A DNA stretch of 64,000 nucleotides from assembly GCA_902783365.1 (NCBI GenBank), contig CACZQL010000019.1:1261-65260 (forward strand). The letters are read 5' to 3'. The position numbers and the translations under genes are program-made. The DNA comes from an uncultured Bacteroidia bacterium. GTDB lineage: Bacteria > Bacteroidota > Bacteroidia > Bacteroidales > F082. Within the stretch, counting starts at the first letter, position 1, and each line of letters starts with the position of its first letter. The notes under the pieces are model-generated. The model saw only the letters and a list, made by a program, of their open reading frames with translations, was not told the origin of the DNA and searched no databases. Shown here piece by piece: positions 25,961 through 38,100 of this stretch.

Positions 25961-26860
25961 ATGAAGCACATAAGAGCAGCCGTGGTAGGTTACGGCAACG
26001 TGGGGCGTTTCGCCTTGGAAGCCTTGGAGGCGGCCCCCGACTTTGAAGTGGCGGGCATCGTGCGCCGCATGGGCGCGGAAAACAAGCCGCTTGAACTTAC
26101 GGAATATGCGGTGGTGAAGGATATCAGGGAACTGAAGGACGTGGACGTGGCCATCCTGGCCTGTCCCACCCGTCTTTGCCCCGACTACGCCAAGACCATC
26201 CTTCCACTGGGCATCAACACGGTGGATTCGTTCGACATCCACACCTCCATCGTGGAGTACCGGCGGGAGCTGACACCTATTAATAAAAGCACAAACACCG
26301 TCAGCGTGATTGCGGCGGGCTGGGACCCGGGTTCCGACTCCATCGTGCGCACGCTGATGCAAAGCCTGGCCCCAAAAGGCTTGTCATACACCAACTTCGG
26401 TCCTGGCATGTCGATGGGCCACAGCGTCTGCGTCCGCTCCAAGCAAGGGGTGCGCAACGCCCTCTCGGTGACCATCCCGCTCGGCGAAGGCATTCACCGC
26501 CGCATGGTCTATGTGGAGCTGGAAGATGGCGCCACCCTCGAACAGGTGACGAAGGACATCAAGGCGGACCCCTATTTCGCCCACGACGAGACCCACGTGT
26601 TCCAAGTGGAGTGCGTGGACACCCTGCGCGACATGGGACACGGGGTGAACTTGGTGCGCAAAGGCGTTTCGGGAAAGACCCAAAACCAACGCATGGAGTT
26701 CAACATGTCCATCAACAACCCGGCCCTCACCGGCCAGGTGCTGGTCAACGTGGCCCGCGCCTCTATGCGCCTGCAACCGGGCTGCTACGCCATGGTGGAG
26801 ATCCCTGTGATCGATATGCTCCCGGGCGATAGGGAATCCCTAATCGGACAATTGGTATGA
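25961..26860 (+). CDS. ddh: meso-Diaminopimelate D-dehydrogenase
   Basis: 299 aa. The N-terminal Rossmann motif IRAAVVGYGNVGR and the overall length and sequence resemble Bacteroidales Ddh. The stop overlaps the next start (ATGA at 26857-26860). Confidence 0.8.
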   Translation: MKHIRAAVVGYGNVGRFALEALEAAPDFEVAGIVRRMGAENKPLELTEYAVVKDIRELKDVDVAILACPTRLCPDYAKTILPLGINTVDSFDIHTSIVEYRRELTPINKSTNTVSVIAAGWDPGSDSIVRTLMQSLAPKGLSYTNFGPGMSMGHSVCVRSKQGVRNALSVTIPLGEGIHRRMVYVELEDGATLEQVTKDIKADPYFAHDETHVFQVECVDTLRDMGHGVNLVRKGVSGKTQNQRMEFNMSINNPALTGQVLVNVARASMRLQPGCYAMVEIPVIDMLPGDRESLIGQLV

Positions 26861-29049
26861 GAAACACCCTGTCGCTCATCGTTCTGCTAAGCTTGCTTTT
26901 GGGGTCGTGCGCCAAAAACGACCCAGTGGAGTCGTTGTTGGCGAAAATGACCCTGGAGGAAAAATGCGGGCAGCTCACCTGTCCCATCGGGTTTAACTTC
27001 TATGGCAAGGAGGGCGACTCCCTATGGCTCTCCGACGACTTCCTTGGCATGATGGACACTATGCCGCTCGGCTCGTGCTGGGCGGTGCTGCGAGCCGACC
27101 CCTGGTCGCGCAAGACCGTGGAGACGGGCCTGCATCCCCGCGAGTCGGCACGCCTGCTCAATAGGATGCAGCGTCACGCCATCGAACACACCCGGCTCGG
27201 CATCCCCCTGCTGTTCTGCGAGGAGACTCCCCATGGTCACATGGCCGTGGGCACCACCGTGTTTCCCACCGGATTGGGCCAGGCTTCCACCTGGGACCCG
27301 GAACTGCTCGAGAGGATGGGGGAGGTGATGGGACGTGAGGTGCGCCTGCAAGGGGCACAGGTGGGCTACGGCCCCGTGCTCGACATCGCCCGCGACCCGC
27401 GTTGGTCGAGGGTGGAGGAGACCCTCGGCGAGGACCCCTGCCTCAGCGGGACCCTCGGCACTGCCATCGTGAAAGGCATGCAACGCCATGTGGCCGCCAC
27501 CCTGAAACACCTCGCCGCCTATGGCATCCCCCAAGGGGGACACAACGCCGCCACCGCCGACGTCGGGCCGAACCGACTGATGAACGACTACCTGCCTTCT
27601 TTTGAAAGACCCATCCGGGAGGGAGCCCTGTCGGTGATGACCTCCTACAACAGCATCGACGGCGTGCCATGCACCTCCAACCACTGGCTGCTGCAAGAGG
27701 TGCTGCGCGACGCCTGGGAGTTCAAAGGCGTGGTGTTCTCCGACCTCAACGCCGTGAACGCGCTCTACGCCACCCACCATGTGGCCGCCGACCCCGCAGA
27801 AGCCGCCGCCCTCGCCCTGAAAGCCGGCGTGGATATCGACCTGGGCGGCTACAACTACGGTGGCTTCCTCAAAGAAGCCCTGCGCCGTGGTCTGGTTTCA
27901 GAAACCGACATCGACCGCGCGGTACGCCATGTGCTGCAACTGAAATACGACCTTGGACTGTTCGACCATCCCTACGTGGACGAGGCCCTGGCGGAAAAGG
28001 AAGTCGGCTCCGAAGAACATCGCCAATTAGCGAAACAAGTGGCCTTGGAATCAACTGTTTTATTGAAAAACAATGGAATACTACCTTTCGGTGAATCGGT
28101 GCGGAAGATAGCGGTCATCGGTCCCAACGCCGATGCGATGTACAACCAGTTGGGTGACTATACAGCGCCCCAAGACCCTGAACGGGTGGTCACTCCCTTG
28201 GAGGGCCTGTGCGCGAAGGGTAGGGCAGAGGTGGTCTATGCCAAAGGCTGTGCCGTGCGCGACACCCTCGATGCCGACCTTGACGAGGCGGTACGCGTCG
28301 CCCGCACCGCCGATGCGGTAGTGGTGGTGGTGGGCGGCTCTTCAGCACGCGACTTCAAGACGAGTTACGAGGAGACGGGCGCGGCCATCGTCGATACCCA
28401 TGTCTCCGACATGGACTGTGGCGAAGGCTACGATCGCTCCACCTTGCGGCTCCTGGGCTTGCAGGAGACCCTCCTGAAACGCCTCTATGACCTGGGCAAG
28501 CCGGTGGTGACGGTCTATATCCAAGGCCGTCCCTTGGACATGAACCTGGCAGCGGAGCGTTCCGACGCCTTGCTCACGATGTGGTACCCCGGCATGGAAG
28601 GCGGATCGGCGCTGGCCGACATCCTTTGGGGCGACTACAATCCTTCGGGCAAACTGCCCGTCTCCATTCCCCGCTCGGTGGGACAACTGCCGGTGTATTA
28701 CTCCCAACCCCTCACCGGCGATTATCTGGAGGAAACCTCAAAGCCTCTGTATTCCTTTGGCTACGGACTGAGTTACAGCCATTTTGAATATGGTGAATGG
28801 AAGGTGGACACGCTTGACCGTAACGACACGCTTTATCGTGTGTCGGTGGAAGTGTACAATTATGGACCCTACGATGGAGAAGAAGTGGTTCAATTTTACC
28901 TCAATCAAGGTACTTCAAAGTTAGCGTTATCATCGAAATTACTGAAATGTTTTCGTAGGGTTTTTATAAAAAAATCAGAGTCGGTCGAAGTGGAGCTTTT
29001 CCTTACCGCTAGCGACTTTCCGTCGAATTCCTTGATAATTGTAAAATAA
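26857..29049 (+). CDS. Glycoside hydrolase family 3 (beta-glucosidase/beta-hexosaminidase type) lipoprotein
   Basis: Lipoprotein signal LLLGSCAK. GH3 motifs KCGQL, GPVLDIARDPRWSRVEETLGEDP and VMTSYNSIDGVPCTSNHWLL...GVVFSDLNAV. Confidence 0.85.
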   Translation: MRNTLSLIVLLSLLLGSCAKNDPVESLLAKMTLEEKCGQLTCPIGFNFYGKEGDSLWLSDDFLGMMDTMPLGSCWAVLRADPWSRKTVETGLHPRESARLLNRMQRHAIEHTRLGIPLLFCEETPHGHMAVGTTVFPTGLGQASTWDPELLERMGEVMGREVRLQGAQVGYGPVLDIARDPRWSRVEETLGEDPCLSGTLGTAIVKGMQRHVAATLKHLAAYGIPQGGHNAATADVGPNRLMNDYLPSFERPIREGALSVMTSYNSIDGVPCTSNHWLLQEVLRDAWEFKGVVFSDLNAVNALYATHHVAADPAEAAALALKAGVDIDLGGYNYGGFLKEALRRGLVSETDIDRAVRHVLQLKYDLGLFDHPYVDEALAEKEVGSEEHRQLAKQVALESTVLLKNNGILPFGESVRKIAVIGPNADAMYNQLGDYTAPQDPERVVTPLEGLCAKGRAEVVYAKGCAVRDTLDADLDEAVRVARTADAVVVVVGGSSARDFKTSYEETGAAIVDTHVSDMDCGEGYDRSTLRLLGLQETLLKRLYDLGKPVVTVYIQGRPLDMNLAAERSDALLTMWYPGMEGGSALADILWGDYNPSGKLPVSIPRSVGQLPVYYSQPLTGDYLEETSKPLYSFGYGLSYSHFEYGEWKVDTLDRNDTLYRVSVEVYNYGPYDGEEVVQFYLNQGTSKLALSSKLLKCFRRVFIKKSESVEVELFLTASDFPSNSLIIVK

Positions 29050-29119
29050 AAATACGGTTTTTTAATATTTTTTAATGAAAAACACGCACAAAAATGGGTG
29101 TTTTTTGTTGAATTATGTA

Positions 29120-29127
29120 TATTTTTG
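29120..29127 (+). promoter_or_regulatory. Bacteroidota -7 promoter box TATTTTTG
   Basis: TAnnTTTG match 52 nt upstream of the ATG at 29179 of the giant gene. Confidence 0.45.
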
Positions 29128-29178
29128 CGCCCGCAAAAAAAGTGCCTATAGTATAGATTTTTTTTAAACTATTTGTAT

Positions 29179-32100
29179 ATGAAACTGTTTAATAGATGTT
29201 TAGCTATTGTAATGGGTTCATGTTTCCTCTTCGGCCAGCTTGGTATGGCCGTTGCCCAAACCACCGATTATTCAGGAATTTGGTACGTGGCTAGCCACAA
29301 TAGCTACAATGTGGATCAACCAGTGAACAACCATTACATGGTTCCGGCGCAGCTTCCCGATTGGGCGCAACCGGGCAATCCCGATCCAAGAACCGTTTAT
29401 TTCGATGCGGACATGGGGTATCCCGAACCTTTCCATTGCCCTTACATCACTACTTTCAAGACAAACAAGGATAACAATTCCCGATGGGACTTCATTGCCA
29501 CGAATGATGGTTATTATTACATCAGGCATCATGATACCCAGAAGTATATGGTTTACCAGCAGGTCTCGGAGTCCAATGTTGGAGACAACAGATATGGTAA
29601 GGTGGTGCATTTGGAAACGCTTCAAGAGCTTGGCGACAATGCCAAGTTCGCCATCGGCACCACGACGGGTTTTGGTGGCTCCATCACCATCATTCCCAAA
29701 AGCATAGAGAACGAGAACTATCGTTATTTGAACGTTCACGGAGGCCCCTCGAACCTCTATTATGGTTCTGACGCATACAACAATTATCGAATGGGTTTGC
29801 TTGGCGTTTACGCGGTGGACCAGAACTCATGCTGGCATTTGGAGTTGGCCTCGTTGCCTATGCCCACCATTTCCTATTCCTGGGAATCTGGGCAGGTCAG
29901 CATCACTACCGACGTCACCGACGCTTTTATTTATTACACCCTTGATGGCACTGATCCGACCACGAGTTCAACACCTTACAATGCCCTGATGCCTTTCACG
30001 CTTACCGAGGCGGCCACGGTGAAAGCTATTGTGGCGAAGTCGGGAGTGGTGTCGGACGTGGCGGTCAGGACTTTTGAAAAGGTGGAGTCGCCGGTCATCG
30101 TCGAGAACGGCAGCAACGCCATTGCCATCACCAGCGCCACACCAGGAGTCGCCATATTTTACACGACCAATGGCAATCCCCCCGGCAATCCGGAGACCAC
30201 CTATCGTTACATGGAGCCTTTGACGATTCATGACTATCCGGAGCTTACTGCGCTGGGGACACAGGTGATGGCCATCGCGGTGAAGGAGGACAACACGATG
30301 ATCGGGTCACCCATTGTCATTAAAACCCCACCGGCGGGCGAATCGCTCCTTTATACCTTGGTGCCCGAGATCGTGCATGAGTCGAGCGCTGTAGGGCCTG
30401 TGTTCACGTTGAGCATCCCCGTTCTTCCTGCAGATGGGAATTACGAATACTCGATACACTACACCTTGAACGGCAGCACTCCCACAGCCTCTTCAACGCT
30501 CTACACAGGTCCTTTTGTGGTGCCTGAGGCGGCCTACGTGCAAGTGGTCGGCGTGAGGGGCACTTTCGTTTCGTCGGTCGTGGGTGAGAACGTCCCCCAG
30601 GTGGCGAAGCCTTTCATCATGGACAACGGCCTCAACCAGATCTCCATCACCTGCGTCACTTCAGGTGCCACCATCCTTTACACCACCGACGGCTCCATGC
30701 CCGATCCCGACCATGTCGGCGGCGACAATCCCACCCAGGAGTACACCGCTCCTTTGGATTATACCTACTCGGGAAAGACCATCACGGCCATAGCGGTCAA
30801 GGAGGGCTTGATCAACTCTTTGCCTTACAGCGCCACCATCATCCTCAAAGCGCCGGCCCCCACTTACAGTATCGACCACACCAACGGTTACGTCACCATT
30901 TCGAGCGTCCTGCCCCCGACGGCGTGCTATTATACCATCGATGGCAGCACTCCCACCCCTTCTTCCACGTTGTACGAAGGTCCGTTCCAGTTGACGGAGT
31001 CTGCCACCGTGAAGGCCGTCGTCGCCATTGAGGGCTATAACCTTTCCGACGTTTCATCCCAACTGTTCACGCAGGTGTCGCAACCTGAGGTGACCGGCAA
31101 TGGCGCTTTCCAAATCGTCATCACCACCCACACACAGGAGGCTTTCATTTACTACACCTATACCACCGACGGTACCGAACCGGAGGATCCTACCGTGAGC
31201 GGGGGAGGGCACTATTATTTCAGTCCGCTCGACGCTTCCTTCTCGGGTTATCCTATCAAGGCTTTTGCGGTGAAAGAAGGCATGGTTCCATCGCCCATCG
31301 CCTATTCCATTCCGCCCCATCTTACTTGTAGCATGCCCATCATCACACGTACCTCGGAAAACACGTTCTCCATCTTCAAGGGCCAATATCCAGTTGCTGG
31401 CACCTCAGGACTGAAGATCGTCTATACCACCGACGGGAGCGCCCCGACTACCTCCTCGACGGCCATCACCGTGGAGGCTGAGGAAGTCAACAATGTGACC
31501 TTCAGCGAAGGAACAGTGGTGAAGGCTTACGTCATGGCCAGTGGTTACCACCCCTCCACGGTCGCCACCAGGAGTATGGCCAACGCCCTTATCTGTAACA
31601 ACGACATCTATGAAATCAACAACGACGCTGAGTTTGACTTATTTGTGGTGAAGGTCAACGCCAACTCCAGCGACGATGCCAACGCCTCGTCGCACTATGT
31701 CATCAAAGCTGATATCAACGCCATGGGAAGCTATGTCATCACGACCCCCTTCTCCGGCGAGCTGGAGGCTGACATCGACCCCAATACCCAGATGCCCTAC
31801 CGGATCAAGAACCTCAGGAACCCTCTCTTTGCCACGCTCCAAAGTGCCAAGGTGCACGACTTGGTGCTGGAAGAGGTCAACATCAGCGCTACCGAACATG
31901 TGGGTGCCATCGCTTGTGTGGCCAAAAGTGCCACCCGCATTTATAACTGCGGCATCCTCTCGGGTTGCATCGAAGGCACCTCCGACAACAGTTGTGTGGG
32001 CAGTATCGTGGGAAGGTTCGGAGAGCGGGATGAGCCCTCCACGGCTCGCGTTGTCAATTGTTATAGCTTTGCGGATGTGAAATCAACCATGGGTACCTCC

Positions 32101-35100
32101 GCCTACGCCGGCGGTATCGTGGGATACAACGATGTGGCCACTACCGCCACCAATCTCAAAAGCATGGTGTTCGGGTGCATGTTCTATGGCGATATCCTTC
32201 AAGGAACCAAGATCGCCCCCGTTTATGGCGGTGAGATCATCTCCAACAATTCCAGCGTGAATGGCGTGAGCAACTACAATTATTTCCGTGCGGAAGCCGA
32301 CTATGTGCAAAACCAGCGCATCAACCAGCATAACTGCGCTTTGCTGGCCGAGACAAGGTATCTTCAGCGTTTTGAATTTTTCAGGCACCTCCTCAACGGC
32401 CATCGTGAGCTGGCCGCCTGGTGGGTCACGGGCGATGCGGGCGACAAAGACAAGATGCTCAAATGGGTGATGATTCCCGACAGCATCGGTTCCGCCCACC
32501 CTTATCCTGTGCTCAAGACCCCGGGTGTCTATCCCTCGGTGGTGAACCCCGACTTTGAACATGCCCAGGAAGGAATGCCCCGTAATCAAGGCGGCAAGTT
32601 GAGTACCCTGAAGGTGAACATCCAGATGGGCGACGGTGCGGTGTATGAGCGTCCCGAAGGCGCTGAAATCACTACCAGCGAACTCATCCTCAACATCACC
32701 GACAAGGATACCACCCACTTCAATTACAATTATTATAAAGTGCAACTGCCTTACTATAACGATGTGGGTACCAAGAACTATAACAAAAACCGCGTGGTGA
32801 CCGGCTGGAAAATCGTCAGCATCAAAGGGGGAGAAGTAGGCAATTACTGCACCGGCGATGAGGTTACCTATAACGCTTCGGGCGAGGTTACCGCCACCCC
32901 TTATAACTTTGCCGACCGCCATTGCACCGGCAAGGATCTCTACGAGACCTCCAAGCGGGTGTTCAACCAAGGCGCCTATTGGGATGTGCCCGAGGGAGTG
33001 ACAGAGATCACCATCGAGCCCTACTGGGCCAAGGCCGCTTATTGTGCTGACCAGTATCGCGACATCGTGTATAACACGGGCATGACCACCGCCGATCCTG
33101 TGGAAGAAGTGGGAGGAGAACCTTTGTATAGCACCAATAACACATATATACTCATCAACGGGGATTCCCAAAAGGTCTATTCTTCGGTTCAAAATGCCCG
33201 TAACGCACTCACTCCCGGTAATAATACCATTTGGGGAACGCATTCTGTTTACGACTATGCGGTGGTGCTGGTTGGGAACAGTCATCTCTATAACAAACAA
33301 AACAGCGGCCTAATATCAGGCACCATAGAGCAGGCGCATACCATCATGTCCGTTGATTTGGATCATGACCATGAGCCGGACTATTCTTATATTTTGCGTT
33401 TTGATGCCCGTACGCCATGTCACTCTGTGCGTATCGATTTCCTGAATCTTTGCGGTTTGGGTATGGCACAGAAGTCAACAGAAGGTACCGGAACCTATAA
33501 TTTGGGCATTTTGCAACCCAAGGGTTGGTTTGAGGTTACCAATACAGGCCTTTTCCGCGTCACCCAGTTTGAATTCGACAAAAGTGATAGAGGTGTGTTT
33601 CCCATCATTGTCCAAGGAGGTGTCATCGAACAATGGGTGAGTGGACAAAACAATGGGGTTTCTAACAAAACCACTTATTTCCATCTCGGAGGCAATGTCT
33701 GGTTCAGGGAGTTCCACCGGGGAACCCACCAAGACAAGGATCATACGTCGAAACATCCTCCGGTCTCTGTCACGGGTGGAGAATATGCTGTGTTTTATCT
33801 GACTGGGCTTTACAAAGGTGATGTTGCTAATTACGACGACAATGCCGAGTGCTACATCAATGGCGGACGTTTTGGCGAGATTGCCGGTGCGGCCCAGGAA
33901 GGCATCGGCAATGCTGAAGACCATACCAATGGCAATATCTTCTGGCAAATCGATCATGCGGATATCGATGAGTTCTATGGAGGAGGCCTGAATGCCTCGC
34001 ATCCGGTGGAAGGCAATATCACCACCCATATCAGTAACAGTAATGTCAAACTGTTTTGTGGCGGCCCGAAATTCGGCGACATGAACAGCGACAAGGAGGT
34101 CAGGACCATTGCCACGGACTGTGAGTTCGGCGAGTTTTATGGTGGCGGTTTTGGCGGCAACTCATACAGCCGCCGCGCTCCCAAAAACAAGGAAGGAGTG
34201 CTGAACACAGCCTGGAATACTTGGGTCAATTCAGAGTATAAACAGGATTATAACGGCACTTTTAAAGGAATCTCCACCCAATTCGACTATCAGTTCTTAC
34301 CGATGTCGAACAATTATAACAATGTGGCGCGCTTGTTTGTGGACTATGTCCGTTTCTCGCTGGCTACCACGTACTCTGTGAATTCCTCGTTGACGGGTTG
34401 TGTGATTCACAACGATTATTACGGTGGTGGCCGGTTGGGCAAGGTGAGTGGCGACGTCGTTTCCACCTTGACGGACTGCACCGTTTACGGGAATGTGTTT
34501 GGCGGAGGCTATACTGGCGCGTTGCCTCCTGTGGAGGTGATGAACAAGGGCGGTTTCATCAAGGAACCGTTTTATGATGAGGCGCTGGGTGCTTACCTGT
34601 CAGGGTCTTTCCCGGAAACGGTTACCTATACCTGGGAGCACAGCGATACGCCTGTAACCAACACCAATACGGGTATTAACACAAGCCGTCATGTCCTTTA
34701 TACCAACGAGGACCTCACCACCCTGGGCCTTGTCACTGGAAACACGACCGTCATTGTGAAGGGCGACACTTATGTGGAAGGGCTCATCAACGGAGAACCT
34801 GGTGGCGGCATCTTCGGCGGTGGCAACGAGGCCCGTGTGGGCGGCAACGCCATCGTGGAAGTGGAAACCACGCCGGATGAAGCTTTTGCCATCAACAACG
34901 TGTTCGGCGGCGGCAACCGCTCCATCACGGGTACTTTCGACATCGACCCTGCCACCAACGACACCCTCGGCGTCGTTGCCAATACTGGTAACACGACGGT
35001 TACCTTCAAGAACGGTTTGGTGAGTGGCAATGTGTATGGCGGCGGCAAAGGTGCCTACGACCCCACGATGAATGACAAAGGCAAGAGCCTCGGCATGGTG

Positions 35101-38100
35101 TTGGGCGACGCCAGGCTTACCATGATGGACGGTTATGTCCAGGGCAATGTGTTTGGCGGCAGTGAGCTGGCCAACGTCCTTGGTGACGCATACGTCACCA
35201 TCAAAGACGGCGTGGTCGGTACCGAACGGAGCGTCGAGGGAATCCTCGCGGTTCCGGAAATGAGTTGTGTGTATGGCGGCGGCAGAGGTGACCGTAACGC
35301 CTTGTTCAATACTTGGACCAATGTGAACAAGAGTGTGGTGAATCTGGAGGGCGGCACCGTCTATGGTTCCGTGTATGGCGGCGGCCAGGAAGGACACGTG
35401 CTGTACGACACCGATGTGACCATCGGCACCAACGCCTCAGGCCCCGTCATCGGCACCTATGGCACCACCGGCTACGACGGCAATGTGTTCGGCTCGGGCC
35501 GTGGTTACAACCCTGAAGTCTCCACCGCCGGCAGCATCGGCGGCAATGCCACCGTCAACATCAAGAATGGCGAGGTGCTGGGCTCTGTGTTCGGCGGAGG
35601 CCGTATGGGTTCGGTAGGCCTCAACCTTGTGGATATCGACCATGACCATTATGGGGTCATGCAGGATGGGGAAGACCATGGCTATGCGACAGTCAGCATC
35701 AGCGGTGGTGTCATCGGCATCGACGAAAACCATGAACATGCCGGCCATGTGTTCGGCGGCTCCATCGGTAAGGTGGGCCGTCTTGACATCGGACGGGTGA
35801 AACACGCCACGGTGGACGTTAGTGGCGGTGTCGTGAAAGGCGTGGTCCATGGCGGTGCCGACTACGGCATCGTGATGACCGATGCGGTGGTCTCCATCAG
35901 CGGTGGTACCGTTGGCGTTGTCCAAGAAACGGTGTCGCCCCTCACTGGTAACGACACCATCGTCCATGTCAGCGGTGGCAGTGTCTTTGGCGGAGGCCGC
36001 GGACACTCGTCGTTCCGTGACGCCGGCCTCGTGTTCGGCAATACCGACGTGACGGTCACCGGCGGTGTCATCCTCAACAACGTCTATGGTGGTGGCGAAG
36101 TCTCCTCCGTGGGCGGTGCCGGCGACCTTGCCACGGGCAAGACCACCGTCACGGTCAGAGGCGGCGAGATAGGTCCCGCCCCCCACGGCAACATCACTGT
36201 AGGCATCAACGGCCTCGACGGCTCGGTGTTCGGCGGTGGCCAAGGTCTCGTCGATGCCTCCGACACCACCCTGTACCGCGACTTCGCCGATGTGAACCGC
36301 ACCCTGGTCGTCATCGAGAACGGCAACGTATGGGGGAGTGTGTTTGGCGGCGGCGAGGACGGCCACGTGAGAGCCGAAACCGAGATCCGCATCACTGGCG
36401 GCACCATCGGCACGCTGGGTACCACCGGCTACGACGGCAACGTGTTCGCCGGCGGGCGCGGCTTCTCCGGTATCAACGTCACCGCAGGCCGTGTGGGCGG
36501 TAACACCCTCACCACCATCAGCGGCGGCCTCATGAAAGGCTCCGTGTATGGCGGAGGCCGCCTTGGATCCGTCGGCATTGGTGAACATGGGGGCATGCTC
36601 CCCGGCGAAGACCACGGCGTGGCTCGCATCAACATCTCCGGCGGCACTATCGGGCATCTGGGGGAGGCCAACAGCATCAATGGAGGCGACGTCTATGGCG
36701 GCTCCAAAGGCCTCGCCGGCAGCCTCGAAAGCCTCAACTCAAAACTGGGTATCTCAAAACAAGCCTATATCACGATTTCGAGAAACGCCTTCATCATGGG
36801 GTCCGTATTCGGCTCCGGTGAGGACGGACAGCTGCAGCGTGACGCTCACGTGAACATCCAAGGTGGCCAAATCGGCGGCGAGTCGTTCAATCCCTCGAAT
36901 CCCACGCTGGGCAACAACAAATTCCATGGCAATGTGTTCGGCGGCGGTCGAGGCCTCGGCCAGTATCGGGACGAACACGGTGAAGGACAATACAGCCTCA
37001 TCGCAGGAAGGACCCAAGGAAACACCTATATTAATATTACCGGCGGTCGCATCTGCCGCAACGTGTATGGTGGCGGCGACATGGCCTCGGTAGGCGACCC
37101 CGACGAGACCATGGACCTGTTTGACCCCGAGACCAACGTTCCCCTGACCGGTTGGGCCCATATCCACATCAGCGGTGGCACCATCGGCGTGGACCCCGAC
37201 CTCGAACTTGAGGACGGCACCCGCAACGACAACGGCCATGTGTATGGCTCCTGCCGCGGTTTGGCCGGCTATCCCGACTTCGCCTTCGTCAAGAACTCCG
37301 ACATCAACATCAGCGGCAACAGCCTCGTGCTAGGCTCGGTGTTCGGCTCCGGCGAGGACGGCCACTTGCGCCACCGTACCCATGTGAACGTCATCGGCGG
37401 CACCATCGGCAAACGCGGCACCTCCGGCTTCGACGGTAACATCTATGGCGCTGGCCGTGGCTACGATATCGACCCCAACACCAACCAATATACCCTCACG
37501 GCAGGCATGGCCGGTGTCTCCACCACCGTCGATGTGAGCGGCGGTCTCGTCAAAGGCTCCATCTATGGCGGCGGACGTATCGCGTCGGTGGGCTGCCGCG
37601 CCTATCTCGATTCCGACCGGATGCCTGACGATTATGGCAAAGCCACCATCCTCATCCATGGCAACGCCGTGGTGGGCACCGGCGCTGACGGCGCCACAGG
37701 AGGCAACGTCTATGGCGGCAGCAAAGGCCTTACCATCACCGACGAGTCCAACGTCTATTTCGCCGACCTGGCCATCGTGAAACGTACCGAAGTCTCCATC
37801 AACGACCAAGCCCACATCAAAGGCTCCGTCTTTGGTGGCGGCGAGGACGGCCACGTTTACAAACTCACCGACGAGGAGGAAGGCTTGCTCCCCGAAGAAG
37901 GCCTTACCGCCGACGATTTCGGCAATACCTTAATTAATATCGACGGGGACTGCCAAATCGGCGTCTCCGAAACCCATGAGGACATCTACAAGGGCAGTGT
38001 GTATGGCGGCGGTCGCGGCTTGCAAGCCCTCAGCTTGACCGCCGGCATCGTGGAAGGCAACACCCGCGTCAACATCAGCGGTGGCAAAGTGTATCAAAAC

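Noticed and set aside
29078-29105. The hairpin AAAAACAC-(12 nt)-GTGTTTTT after the GH3 gene, considered as a possible terminator.
   Set aside because: The stem is almost entirely A-T and the loop is large. I am not confident enough to list it as a feature.
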